Part shown: piece after piece, positions 1 to 9,400 of the stretch | Layout of the letters: the number at the start of each line of letters is the position of its first letter | How positions within the stretch are numbered: position 1 is the first letter of the stretch | Assembly: GCA_964459145.1 (NCBI GenBank) | Contig: CAYWKC010000001.1 | Location: 40,200-104,199, forward strand | Reading direction: 5' to 3' | Source of the DNA: an uncultured Candidatus Saccharibacteria bacterium | GTDB lineage: Bacteria; Patescibacteriota; Minisyncoccia; Phycocordibacterales; UBA12079 | Length of the DNA stretch: 64,000 nt | Notes under the pieces: generated by a model | Databases searched by the model: none | Told to the model about the DNA's origin: nothing | The model's input: the letters and a program-made list of their open reading frames with translations, nothing else | Translations under genes and position numbers: made by a program

Positions 1-368
1 CAGGAGAAAGAAAAATTGCTGTGTTAGGAGATATGTTAGAATTGGGTAAATATTCAACAGAAGAACATAAAAAATTAGGAAAAATTGTATCTACTAACTG
101 TGATTTTTTGATAGCTGTAGGGGTGAGAGCTAGAGAAATTGCAGAAGGAGCTTTATTAGGGGGGATGAGCGAAAAAAATATTTTACAATTTGAAACTTCT
201 GAAAGAGCAGGTAAATATTTACAAAATTTTATTGAAAAGGGAGACATTCTTCTAATAAAGGGTTCCCAATCTATTCGAACAGAAAAAGTGACAGAAGAAA
301 TCATGCTACACCCTGAAAATAAAGCAGATTTATTAGTACGTCAAGAAACGGAGTGGTTGAAAAGATAA
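1..368 (+). CDS. murF: UDP-MurNAc-tripeptide--D-Ala-D-Ala ligase MurF, C-terminal fragment (5' end outside window)
   Basis: C-terminal Mur ligase domain-like sequence (GDMLELGKYS...LIKGSQS). Lies with ftsW and murG nearby. Confidence 0.55.
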   Translation, partial: GERKIAVLGDMLELGKYSTEEHKKLGKIVSTNCDFLIAVGVRAREIAEGALLGGMSEKNILQFETSERAGKYLQNFIEKGDILLIKGSQSIRTEKVTEEIMLHPENKADLLVRQETEWLKR

Positions 369-376
369 ATACGATT

Positions 377-1249
377 TTAATTTAGGTAGATTTTGCCAAG
401 GGTTTCTTTGATGAAGCCCTTGATTTCCATAGCAGAAAGAATGATGTTAGTTTGACTGGCAGTTAATTGTGATTGTTGGATAAGGTCATTTTTATCTTTG
501 GGTTCTTTTAATAATTCCAAAATTTGTTGTTCTTCTTGAGAGCAGTCAGAAAAATTTATTTTTTTCTGATTTGATTTTTTATCAAAATTAAAACCCAAGG
601 TTTCCAAAAGTTCTTCGCTAGTATTAATGATAGTAGCTCCTTGTCGAATAAGTTTATTAGAACCAATTCCATAACGAGAAAAAATAGAGGCGGGGACTAC
701 ACAAACTTCTCGATTATAATCTAATGCCAAACGAGCCGTAATAAGTGTGCCTGATTTATCGGTGGCTTCTATTATTAAAGTGGCTTTAGATAAACCTGCC
801 ATGATTCTATTACGCTGAGGAAACATCCATGGGCTGGCCATTTCTAATGGATCAAATTCAGAAAGGAGAGTCCCCCCTGATTTTAAAATTTGTTTGGCTA
901 AATTTTCATTTGATTTCGGATAGAGCACCTTATTGTCTAAACCTGACCCGGGAACAGCAATTGTTTTTAGTTGATTAATTAGGGCAGTCTTGTGAGCAAT
1001 TCCATCAATACCTAAAGCTAAGCCAGAAACAATGGTGACATCATAACCTCTTAATCCTGAAATCAGTTTTTCACAGACCTCTTTTCCATATTGAGAATAC
1101 CTTCTAGAACCTACAACAGTGAGAAAAGTAGAACTCCAGTTAGGCTGTTGTCCACGATAGTTTAATTGTTGAGGAGGGTCATTTATTTCTAAAATTGCTT
1201 CTGGCCAGTCTTGTTTTTTTAGTTGTTTAATTTCCATCCTATTAGACAC
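377..1249 (-). CDS. dprA: DNA processing protein DprA (Smf)
   Basis: SGLALGIDGIAH, VPGSGLD and RNRIMAGLS motifs typical of the DprA Rossmann-like domain. Confidence 0.8.
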   Translation of the reverse strand: MSNRMEIKQLKKQDWPEAILEINDPPQQLNYRGQQPNWSSTFLTVVGSRRYSQYGKEVCEKLISGLRGYDVTIVSGLALGIDGIAHKTALINQLKTIAVPGSGLDNKVLYPKSNENLAKQILKSGGTLLSEFDPLEMASPWMFPQRNRIMAGLSKATLIIEATDKSGTLITARLALDYNREVCVVPASIFSRYGIGSNKLIRQGATIINTSEELLETLGFNFDKKSNQKKINFSDCSQEEQQILELLKEPKDKNDLIQQSQLTASQTNIILSAMEIKGFIKETLGKIYLN

Positions 1250-1368
1250 AATAAATTTTAAATAAATTTATTGTGTTTTAATTTAATTTGATAATATTTA
1301 ATCCCTGTTTGATTTATTTTAATTTTTAACAGGACAGGCTTTTTTAATTCTAACATTTTTGTTATTAT

Positions 1369-2697
1369 ATGGGTATTATGTTGGATATAAAATTTATAAG
1401 AGAAAATAAAAATTTAATTCAAGCTGGGGCCAAAAAGAAACATTTTGATTTTGATGTGGAAGATTTGTTAAAGATTGATGACGAAAGAAAAGCTCTTTTG
1501 GCAAAAGTTGAAAGGATGAGGAAAGAACAAAATATTTATACAGAGAAAATTACCAAGAGCTCTAGTGAAGCAGAAAAGTTTAAGTTGATAGAAGAAATGC
1601 AAATATTAAAAATAAAGTTGAAAGCAGATGAGGAGGACTTAAAGGAAATAATGAAAAGGTGGAGGTTGAGTATGTTGCAGGTGCCTAATATTCCAGATAT
1701 GTCTGTTCCAGAAGGGACTTCTGATGAAGAAAATCAAGAGATAAAAACTTGGGGAGAAAAACCAGTTTTTGATTTTGAACCGAAAGACCATGTTGAAATT
1801 ATGAATAATTTAGACATGGTTGATTTTGAAAGAGGAACAAAAGTTCATGGTTTTAGAGGTTATTATTTGAAAGGAGATGGAGCTAAATTATCTTGGGCAA
1901 TTTGGAATTATGCTAATGATTTTTTTAGTGAGAAAGGTTTCCTCCAGATAATTCCACCAACGATTGTCAGAAAGGAAAATCTTTATGGAACAGGTCATCT
2001 TCCTAATGAGGCTGATGATGTTTATTATACTCAGGATGGAGATTATTTAATTGGAACGGCTGAAATTCCTCTAACGGGTTATCACTCTGGAGAAATTTTG
2101 AAAAAAGAGGAATTACCCAAAAAGTATTTAGGGTTCTCGCCTTGTTTTAGAAGAGAGGCGGGGAGTTATGGTAAAGATACCAAAGGGCTTATTCGAGTAC
2201 ATGAATTTTTTAAGATAGAGCAGGTGATTTTATGTGAAGCTAGCCACGAAGAATCAGTTAAATGGCACGAGTGGATAAATCGTAATGCTGAAGAATTCAT
2301 TGAATCTTTAAAAATTCCTTATCACACTGTAATAAATTGTGGGGGGGATTTAGGACAAGGTCAAGTAAAAAAATATGATATTGAACTATGGGTGCCAGGG
2401 GAAAATAAATATCGGGAAATTTCTTCCGCTTCCTATTTTCACGATTTTCAATCTCGTCGGTTTAATATTCGCTATAAGGAAGGAGACACTAATCCTACTG
2501 AAGTCCGACCCGAAGGGAATAGAACGGATGGTCAAAGAGAAAAGACACATTATGTTCACACTCTAAACTCAACAGCCATTCCCACTCCAAGGATTTTAGT
2601 CTCTCTTGTCGAAAATTTTCAACAAGCAGATGGTTCGGTTAGAATTCCAGAAGTTCTTCAGAAGTATCTGGGGAAGGAAGTTATTTCTAAGAGTTAA
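1369..2697 (+). CDS. serS: seryl-tRNA synthetase
   Basis: N-terminal coiled-coil arm; class II motifs GFSPCFRREAGSYGKDTKGLIRVHEF and a C-terminal GSVRIPEVL-like tail. Confidence 0.9.
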   Translation: MGIMLDIKFIRENKNLIQAGAKKKHFDFDVEDLLKIDDERKALLAKVERMRKEQNIYTEKITKSSSEAEKFKLIEEMQILKIKLKADEEDLKEIMKRWRLSMLQVPNIPDMSVPEGTSDEENQEIKTWGEKPVFDFEPKDHVEIMNNLDMVDFERGTKVHGFRGYYLKGDGAKLSWAIWNYANDFFSEKGFLQIIPPTIVRKENLYGTGHLPNEADDVYYTQDGDYLIGTAEIPLTGYHSGEILKKEELPKKYLGFSPCFRREAGSYGKDTKGLIRVHEFFKIEQVILCEASHEESVKWHEWINRNAEEFIESLKIPYHTVINCGGDLGQGQVKKYDIELWVPGENKYREISSASYFHDFQSRRFNIRYKEGDTNPTEVRPEGNRTDGQREKTHYVHTLNSTAIPTPRILVSLVENFQQADGSVRIPEVLQKYLGKEVISKS

Positions 2698-2844
2698 TTT
2701 TTACCCTATTAAATAAATTTATTTTCCAAAATAAATTTAAAATTTGATGGAAAATGTGCTTAAAAATAGGTTAGATAGAAAAAATTATTAATTATAAAAT
2801 TTTTGTTAAATAAATAACCAAATTTTATTTAACAGGGTGAAATT

Positions 2845-3675
2845 ATGGCCAAGTATATTTCTCAAAGAGCCATACAAAGGCAAAGAAAAAGGTTTGGGAG
2901 AAGAGTAGTATTGTTAATATTAATTTTTTCCTTTTTACTTTTCCTTTTTTCATGGTTGTCTAAGCTAGAAAAATTTAATATTTCTAATATAGACATTAGT
3001 GGAAACTCTATTATTAAAGAAGAAGAAATTTTAGAAATAATAAACAAAAACATTACAGGTAAATATTTATGGTTGTTTTCTAAAAGTAATTTTTTAATTT
3101 ATCCTAAGTCAAAAATTAAAGAAGAGTTGTTAGAATCTTTTATCCAAATAAAAGAATTAAATATTACCTTCGGGGATTTCCAATCAATTGTTGTTGAGGT
3201 TATTGAAAGAAAACCCTATGCTCTTTGGTGTAACGGGATAGAGGAAAACGATTGTTATTTTATGGATAAGATGGCTTATCTTTATGATAAAGCTCCTCTT
3301 TTTTTGAATGATGTTTATTTTAAATATGTGGATGGTTTGTCGAGTGTTTCAACCTCAACTCCTTCTTCTGAGATTTTGCGACAAACTTATTTAGAGCAAA
3401 AGAAGGATGGTTATTTTGATAAAGTAAATTTATTTATTCGTTTATTGAAGGATATTAATATTAACGGTTATAGATTGGTTATCAAAGAAAATAATGATTA
3501 TGAATTATTTTTTAATGATGAAAATAAATTAATTTTTGATGGTAATCAAGATTTAGATGAAATTTTTGAAGATTTGCAAGCAGTACTGGTTGATTTAAAT
3601 GACTTAAAAGATCAGGAATTTGAGTATATTGATTTGAGATTTAAAAATAAAGTTTTATATAAGTTTAGAAATTAA
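2845..3675 (+). CDS. membrane-anchored FtsQ/DivIB-like (POTRA) protein
   Basis: Basic N-terminus, one TM helix, then a POTRA-like region (KPYALWCNG). Weak similarity only. Confidence 0.35.
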   Translation: MAKYISQRAIQRQRKRFGRRVVLLILIFSFLLFLFSWLSKLEKFNISNIDISGNSIIKEEEILEIINKNITGKYLWLFSKSNFLIYPKSKIKEELLESFIQIKELNITFGDFQSIVVEVIERKPYALWCNGIEENDCYFMDKMAYLYDKAPLFLNDVYFKYVDGLSSVSTSTPSSEILRQTYLEQKKDGYFDKVNLFIRLLKDININGYRLVIKENNDYELFFNDENKLIFDGNQDLDEIFEDLQAVLVDLNDLKDQEFEYIDLRFKNKVLYKFRN

Positions 3676-3707
3676 AAGAATAAAAGATTTTCAAAAGATA
3701 AAATTTA

Positions 3708-3839
3708 AGCAGTGAAAAATTTTTTCTTACAGAACACAAAACAATTACTTAAAAATTCCAAACTCCTCCCAGTAGGTCGTCAAACAGTGGAATTTTTTCT
3801 TGGCTAAAGCCAAGAACAGTAATTTTTTTGTTAAAAATT
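3708..3839 (-). repeat. repeat family copy A (inverted relative to copy B at 23534-23637)
   Basis: About 90 percent identity to 23534-23637 apart from a 30-bp hairpin insertion. Contains an AAAAATTCCA...TGGAATTTTT stem and a GGGAGGAG box. Confidence 0.65.
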
Positions 3840-3887
3840 TTAATGCTTAAATTTTATCTTTTGAAAATCTTTTAAAACAACATTGTA

Positions 3888-4898
3888 ATGGAAAATTTTT
3901 GGAAAAAATTAAGCAAAAAGAAAAAACCATTTTTTTGTTTGGCGCCGATGGCGGATGTAACCGACAGAGCTTTCCGACAAATTGTGGCTAAATATAGTAG
4001 ATTTATCTTACCCGACGGTAGCCAAGAAGGAGGGCCAGGTGTTTTCTTTACAGAGATGGTGGCCTGTGATGGTCTGTGTTCTCAGGGAAAGGAAAAATTA
4101 TTAGAACTTTTGAAATTTTCAAAAATTGAAAAACCAATTGTGGCGCAGTTATTTGGATCTCATCCAGAAAATTTTTATCAATCAGCTCAATTAGTAAAAA
4201 AATTGGGTTTTGATGGGATAGATATCAATATGGGTTGCCCTCAAAAAAATATTCTGAAACAAGGAGCAGGAGCCGATTTGATTAATCATCCTGAGTTAGC
4301 GAAGGAAATAATTCGTGCGACCAAACGGGGGGCAGGGGACTTACCTGTGTCTGTTAAGACACGGATTGGTTTCAATAAGAATGAGTTGAAAACATGGTTA
4401 CCAGTTTTGTTAGAAGAAAAACCGACCGTTATTACAATTCATGGTCGAACGAAGAAAGAAATGTCAAAAGTTCCAGCTCATTGGGATGTTATAAAAAGGG
4501 GAGTGGAAATGGCTAAAAATTCAGAGGTTCTAATTATTGGTAATGGTGATGTGCAAAATATTGAAGATGGACGACAAAAAGCCCAAGCAAGTGGGGTAGA
4601 TGGAATAATGGTAGGGCGAGCAATTTTAGGCAAACCGTGTTTATTTAATGACTTGGTAGTTGGATTGCCAAGTGAAAAAAAGAGATTAGAAATGTTGAAA
4701 AAACATCTGAAATTATTTGAAAAATTTTATGGAGGGAAAAAGAGAAGTAAGAATTTTGCTTTGATGAAAAAACATATGAAGGCCTATTTGTCTGGTTTTG
4801 AAAAGGCCAAAGAATTAAGAATTAAATTGATGAAATGTGGAAGCGAACAAGAAGCCATAGCAATAATTGATTTACTTAAAACTCCAAGCACTAAGTAA
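3888..4898 (+). CDS. dus: tRNA-dihydrouridine synthase
   Basis: CLAPMADVTDRAFR and DINMGCPQKN TIM-barrel Dus motifs. Confidence 0.8.
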   Translation: MENFWKKLSKKKKPFFCLAPMADVTDRAFRQIVAKYSRFILPDGSQEGGPGVFFTEMVACDGLCSQGKEKLLELLKFSKIEKPIVAQLFGSHPENFYQSAQLVKKLGFDGIDINMGCPQKNILKQGAGADLINHPELAKEIIRATKRGAGDLPVSVKTRIGFNKNELKTWLPVLLEEKPTVITIHGRTKKEMSKVPAHWDVIKRGVEMAKNSEVLIIGNGDVQNIEDGRQKAQASGVDGIMVGRAILGKPCLFNDLVVGLPSEKKRLEMLKKHLKLFEKFYGGKKRSKNFALMKKHMKAYLSGFEKAKELRIKLMKCGSEQEAIAIIDLLKTPSTK

Positions 4899-4912
4899 AA
4901 AAAATGGAATTA

Positions 4913-4948
4913 AAAACCACTTGGAAGCAAGGCCTCCAAGTGGTTTTT
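4913..4948. terminator. bidirectional intrinsic terminator (dus 3' end and RNase P RNA 3' end)
   Basis: AAAAACCACTTGGA-agcaaggcc-TCCAAGTGGTTTTT hairpin flanked by A and T runs. Confidence 0.6.
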
Positions 4949-4956
4949 AATGTGTT

Positions 4957-5470
4957 CTTTTATATCTATAAGCCGGATTCTGTTTACCCGACCATCGTAA
5001 AATGGTTTAGGGTTTGATAGCCATTTATCTAGGAAGATTGTTACCAATCTTCTCAAGCGGTACTTCCGGCACCACTTTTTTGAGAAGTTAAACTTCTCAA
5101 AAAAGTGGTGCCGGACACGACCTTGCACTTAGGTAAGGATTTAGCCGTTTCACCCCCTCACCCAGAACAGTGCCAACAAATTAAAATTTGTCAAAAATTA
5201 ACTAAATTTTAATTTACCATTAGGGACTGTTTTTGTGCTATTTTATGTTTGCAAAGCAAACAGCACTGTTCTGGGTGAGGGACTACACCCCCGAAAGGAT
5301 GCCTAAAATTCTTTCGAATTTTAGCGTCTCTGCTCGCACCTCTACAACCACAAAGTTGACGACGGGCGTTACCCGCTACCTTGCTCCGAGCACCAAAATA
5401 GTGCTGGAAGTGTCCGGACTTTCCTCCAAGCCTTATAAAAATAAGGCCCAGTAACTATCCGATATAAAAG
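4957..5470 (-). ncRNA. rnpB: RNase P RNA (bacterial type A) with large insertions
   Basis: Minus strand shows GGAGGAAAGTCCGGAC (P4 5' strand), GGTAACGCCCG (P10/11), ACAGAATCCGGCTTAT (P4 3' strand) and a P1 pairing CTTTTATATC/GATATAAAAG. A TAGTATAAT -10 box lies just upstream on the minus strand. Confidence 0.8.
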
Positions 5471-5636
5471 AACATTCTTATATTATACTATAAATCTAAT
5501 TTAGATGTAAAGAGTGGACAAACGATCTAAAAAGTGTTATTGCTCCTAATAGCAAGAGGAAAATGTATGTTTATATTCTAATCCCTTTGTCTGATGATGG
5601 GGGGAAAAAGGAGAAATGAGTTCATAAAGGTGAAAG

Positions 5637-5669
5637 GGTGGGATTGCGGAAGCAATTCCACCTTTTTTT
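5637..5669 (+). terminator. intrinsic terminator without an obvious upstream gene
   Basis: GGTGGGATTGC-ggaa-GCAATTCCACC followed by TTTTTTT. Confidence 0.45.
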
Positions 5670-5707
5670 GTTTTATTATCCAATAAAGATATAGTATAAT
5701 ATGCTAT

Positions 5708-6826
5708 ATGTCTCAAAAAAGAAGTTTTGATAAAGTTTTTGCAACGATAGTAATTGTCTTGATTTTGGCTGGCTTTTTTTTGTTTTTATCGGCTTCTCTA
5801 AGTTTATTGGCTAAAGAATCAGGGGCTCAATTTTCTTCAATTTTTTTTAGCCAATTTGTTTTTGGTTTAGGACTAGGTTTAGTTGCTTTATTTATTTTTT
5901 CAAAAATACATTATCGTAATTACAAAAAATACACTTTTTATCTATTCTTAATTTCTTTAGTTGTCTCTTTTTTGGTTTTTGTCCCCAATTTAGGGTTTGA
6001 ATATAATGGGGCTCATCGTTGGCTGTCTATTTTGGGAGTGTCTTTTCAACCAGCTGAACTGCTCAAGTTTAGCTTTGTTTTATATTTTGCCACTTTATTA
6101 TCTTCTTTTAAAGACAAAACTCACCAATGGAAATATCATATTTTGCCTATTTTAATTCTATTGGCAGTGGTCTCTGTTATTTCCTATTTACAACCAGATT
6201 ATGGAACTTTTATGATAATTGCTGTAACTGCTATGGCGATGTTTTTTGCTTCGGGAGTTCGTCTTAAGTATTTTTTTACGACTATTCTTATCGCAGGGGT
6301 CGGAGTAATTCCTATCATTTGTTCTAAACAATATATTTTGCAGAGATTTCTAACTTTTTTTAGTCCGGGGGAAGATGTTTTGGGAGCCGGTTATCAAATT
6401 AAACAATCACTAATTGCTATTGGTTCTGGTGGTTTCTGGGGAAATGGTTTTGGCAAAAGTATCCAAAAATTTGGAAGTTTACCTGAAGCAATTGGAGATT
6501 CAATTTTTTCTGTGACAGCTGAGGAATGGGGCTTTTTGGGAGCATCTTTTTTGGTGATACTTTTCTTCTTGTTTACTTATCGTGGTTTGAAAATTGCTTC
6601 TCGAGCAACAGATTCGTTTGGTGGACTATTAGTAGTGGGACTTGTTATACTAATAGCATCACAATCGTTTGTGAACATGGGTTCAATGTTGGGAATTTTC
6701 CCGATGATTGGAATGCCTCTTTTGTTTGTTAGTAAAGGAGGAACAGCTTTGTTATTTACTTTAGTAGAGGTGGGAATAATTTTGAATATTTCTAAATATC
6801 AAAAAAATAAAAATTATAAATTGTAG
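5708..6826 (+). CDS. ftsW: SEDS-family peptidoglycan glycosyltransferase FtsW/RodA
   Basis: About ten TM segments; C-terminal FtsW/RodA motifs. Lies immediately upstream of murG. Confidence 0.8.
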   Translation: MSQKRSFDKVFATIVIVLILAGFFLFLSASLSLLAKESGAQFSSIFFSQFVFGLGLGLVALFIFSKIHYRNYKKYTFYLFLISLVVSFLVFVPNLGFEYNGAHRWLSILGVSFQPAELLKFSFVLYFATLLSSFKDKTHQWKYHILPILILLAVVSVISYLQPDYGTFMIIAVTAMAMFFASGVRLKYFFTTILIAGVGVIPIICSKQYILQRFLTFFSPGEDVLGAGYQIKQSLIAIGSGGFWGNGFGKSIQKFGSLPEAIGDSIFSVTAEEWGFLGASFLVILFFLFTYRGLKIASRATDSFGGLLVVGLVILIASQSFVNMGSMLGIFPMIGMPLLFVSKGGTALLFTLVEVGIILNISKYQKNKNYKL

Positions 6827-6933
6827 ATTAAAAATCATGAGAAAAAACCATAACCCATAAAATTCACAGTTGTTTATTTATTTTTTGGACTATAAGTTTT
6901 TTAAAGTTTTAAATAAAGTTTAATTAATTATAT

Positions 6934-8067
6934 ATGAAAATAGTATTAGCAGGGGGGGGAACAGGGGGTCATTTTTATCCCTTGATAGCAGTGGCTGAAA
7001 AAATTAATAAATTGGTGGAAGAGAGGAAACTCTTAAAACCACAGATTTATTACTTATCCAATGCACCTTATGATAAAAAAATGTTATTTGAAAATGACAT
7101 TATTTTTAAAAAGGTGTCAGCGGGGAAATTAAGGCGGTATTTTTCTGTGCTAAATCTTTTCGGTTTGTTTAAAACGGGGTGGGGATTTATAAAATCATTC
7201 TTTTTGGTTTTCAGTATTTTTCCAGATGTTGTTTTTAGCAATGGTGGCAATGCAAGTTTCCCTGTCTTATTAAGTGCCAAAATTTTTAGGATTCCTGTTT
7301 TAATTCATATTTCTGATACAGTGCCTGGAAGAACCAATGCTTGGGCGGCTAAGTTTGCCAAGAAAGTCTCTTTAGGTTTTTCTGAAGCAGAAGAATTCCT
7401 ATCAATAAAAAAAGATAAAATAGCTGTTTTGGGGAATCCAGTCAGAAAAGAGTTAATGAAACCGCTTTCAGAAGGAGCGAGAGAATTTTTGGATTTAAGT
7501 GAGGGTATCCCAGTGATTTTGATTTTAGGGGGGTCAAGCGGTTCTCAAGCTATCAACGAAAGTATTGTTGATGCTTTACCTGAGTTAGTCCAAAAATACC
7601 AAATAATTCACCAGACAGGAAAACAAGGAATCACTGAAGTAGAAAATAGGGCAAGAGTCGTTTTAGAAAATAGTGAATATAAAGAGAGATATAAAGTTTT
7701 TGCTTATCTTAACACCTTGGCTTTGAGAATGTCAGCGGGCATAGCTGATTTAGTTATTTCCAGAGCGGGAGCTGGTTCTATTTCAGAAATAGCTCTTTGG
7801 GGATTACCAAGTATTGTTATTCCGATCCCTGAAGAAGTCAGTAGTGATCAAAGAAAAAATGCTTTTTCTTTTGCTCGAGCTGGGGCAACAGTTGTTATTG
7901 AGCAAGGAAATTTAACTACCCATATTCTCTTATCAGAAATAAAACATTTGATGGAAAATGAGACAAAAAGAAAGGAATTAGGAGAAAATGCTAAAAAGTT
8001 TGCAAAAGCAGATGCAGCTGAAAAAATTGCTCGAGGAATTCTTAATTTAGCTTTGGAACATGAATAA
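6934..8067 (+). CDS. murG: UDP-GlcNAc:lipid I GlcNAc transferase MurG
   Basis: MKIVLAGGGTGGHFYP N-terminal G-loop; GT28 C-terminal domain. Confidence 0.9.
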   Translation: MKIVLAGGGTGGHFYPLIAVAEKINKLVEERKLLKPQIYYLSNAPYDKKMLFENDIIFKKVSAGKLRRYFSVLNLFGLFKTGWGFIKSFFLVFSIFPDVVFSNGGNASFPVLLSAKIFRIPVLIHISDTVPGRTNAWAAKFAKKVSLGFSEAEEFLSIKKDKIAVLGNPVRKELMKPLSEGAREFLDLSEGIPVILILGGSSGSQAINESIVDALPELVQKYQIIHQTGKQGITEVENRARVVLENSEYKERYKVFAYLNTLALRMSAGIADLVISRAGAGSISEIALWGLPSIVIPIPEEVSSDQRKNAFSFARAGATVVIEQGNLTTHILLSEIKHLMENETKRKELGENAKKFAKADAAEKIARGILNLALEHE

Positions 8068-9400
8068 TTCAACAAAAATTATTACAAGATTTCCACCTTC
8101 TCCAACAGGATTTTTCCATATTGGAAGTGCTAGGACAGCTTTGTTTAATTATCTTTTTGCTACACAAAATAAGGGAGAAATGATAGTTCGGATTGAAGAT
8201 ACTGACCAAAGTAGGTCAAAAACAGAATATGAAAAAGATATTTTTGAAAGTTTGGTTTGGTTAGGTTTTAAATTTGATGAAAAGAAAATTCACAAACAGT
8301 CGGAAAAAAAAGAAATTTATAAAAAATACTTGAAAAAAATGATAGCAGAAGGGCGAGCTTTTGAAAGAGAGATTTCTCAAGAGGGAAGTGGAAAAGTGAT
8401 TCGCTTTAAAAATCCCAATAAAGAAATTATTTTTGATGACATTATCAGAGGAGAGATTAAATTTGATACTAGTGAATTGGGAGATTTTATTATTGCTAAA
8501 AGTTTAGAAGAACCACTTTATCACTTGGCAGTGGTAGTAGATGACGCGGAGAGCGGAGTAACCCATATTATCAGAGGAGAAGATGGAATTTCTAATACCC
8601 CACGGCAAATTTTAATTCAGGAAGCTCTTTGTTTTCCTCGGCCAGTTTATGCTCATTTACCCCTTATTTTGGTTTCTGATAAATCAAAAATGTCTAAAAG
8701 ACACGGGGCGGTTTCTTTGAATGAATATAAAGCACGAGGTTATTTACCCGAAGCATTGCTTAATTATTTAGCGTTGATAGGTTGGAATCCAGGGACAGAA
8801 CAAGAAATCTTTTCTCTTGATGAGTTGGTGAAAAAATTTAATTTAGGAAAGGTGCAAAAAGGAGGGGCTATTTTCAACCTAGAAAAATTAAATTGGATAA
8901 ATAGAGAACATCTTAAATTAATGTCTGACGAGAATTTTGGAAAAAGAGTGTTAGAATTTTTGCCAGACGAAATAAAAAAAATGGTTGTTGAAAATAAAGA
9001 AATGTTAATAAAAATTTTACCGGTATTACGAGAGAGAATAGAAAAATTTGGTGATGTTAAGACAATGGCAGAGACAGGGGAGTTAGCCTATTATTTTTCT
9101 CAACCAGAATATGCTGGAGAAAAATTATTATGGAAAGATGAAACTGATTTAATTAATGTTAAAAAACATTTAGAGAAAGTTATTAAGTTGCTTGATGGGG
9201 TTCAAGAATGGACAGCCGAAAATATTAAATTAGCACTTTGGGATTATGCAACGGAACAGGGAAGGGGGGTTGTTTTGTGGCCAATGAGATATGCTCTGTC
9301 AGGTAAGGAAAAATCGCCTGATCCATTTGTTTTAGCTGAAATTTTTGGTCAGCAGGAAACTCTTAGGCGTTTGCAATATGCAATTGGAAAAATTAATTAA
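8060..9400 (+). CDS. gltX: glutamyl-tRNA synthetase
   Basis: RFPPSPTGFFHIGSARTALFNY (HIGH region) and KMSKRHG (KMSKS). Confidence 0.9.
   Translation: MNNSTKIITRFPPSPTGFFHIGSARTALFNYLFATQNKGEMIVRIEDTDQSRSKTEYEKDIFESLVWLGFKFDEKKIHKQSEKKEIYKKYLKKMIAEGRAFEREISQEGSGKVIRFKNPNKEIIFDDIIRGEIKFDTSELGDFIIAKSLEEPLYHLAVVVDDAESGVTHIIRGEDGISNTPRQILIQEALCFPRPVYAHLPLILVSDKSKMSKRHGAVSLNEYKARGYLPEALLNYLALIGWNPGTEQEIFSLDELVKKFNLGKVQKGGAIFNLEKLNWINREHLKLMSDENFGKRVLEFLPDEIKKMVVENKEMLIKILPVLRERIEKFGDVKTMAETGELAYYFSQPEYAGEKLLWKDETDLINVKKHLEKVIKLLDGVQEWTAENIKLALWDYATEQGRGVVLWPMRYALSGKEKSPDPFVLAEIFGQQETLRRLQYAIGKIN

Noticed and set aside
1250-1368. Possible T-box leader upstream of serS.
   Set aside because: No T-box consensus (AATTAGGGTGGNACCGCG) and no specifier or antiterminator structure is seen.
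2375-2566. Assorted short ORFs nested antisense or out of frame within serS, ftsW, murG, ctpA, cysS, clpB, IF-2, res, mod and murJ.
   Set aside because: They are embedded in well-supported longer genes and have no independent signals.
5233-5454. 73-aa plus-strand ORF, and the 72-aa minus-strand ORF at 4910-5128.
   Set aside because: Both lie inside the RNase P RNA gene. Their GC-rich composition reflects RNA structure, not coding.
9345-9377. First 11 codons of the M23 peptidase ORF.
   Set aside because: They overlap the 3' end of gltX. The internal ATG at 9378 gives a clean start.
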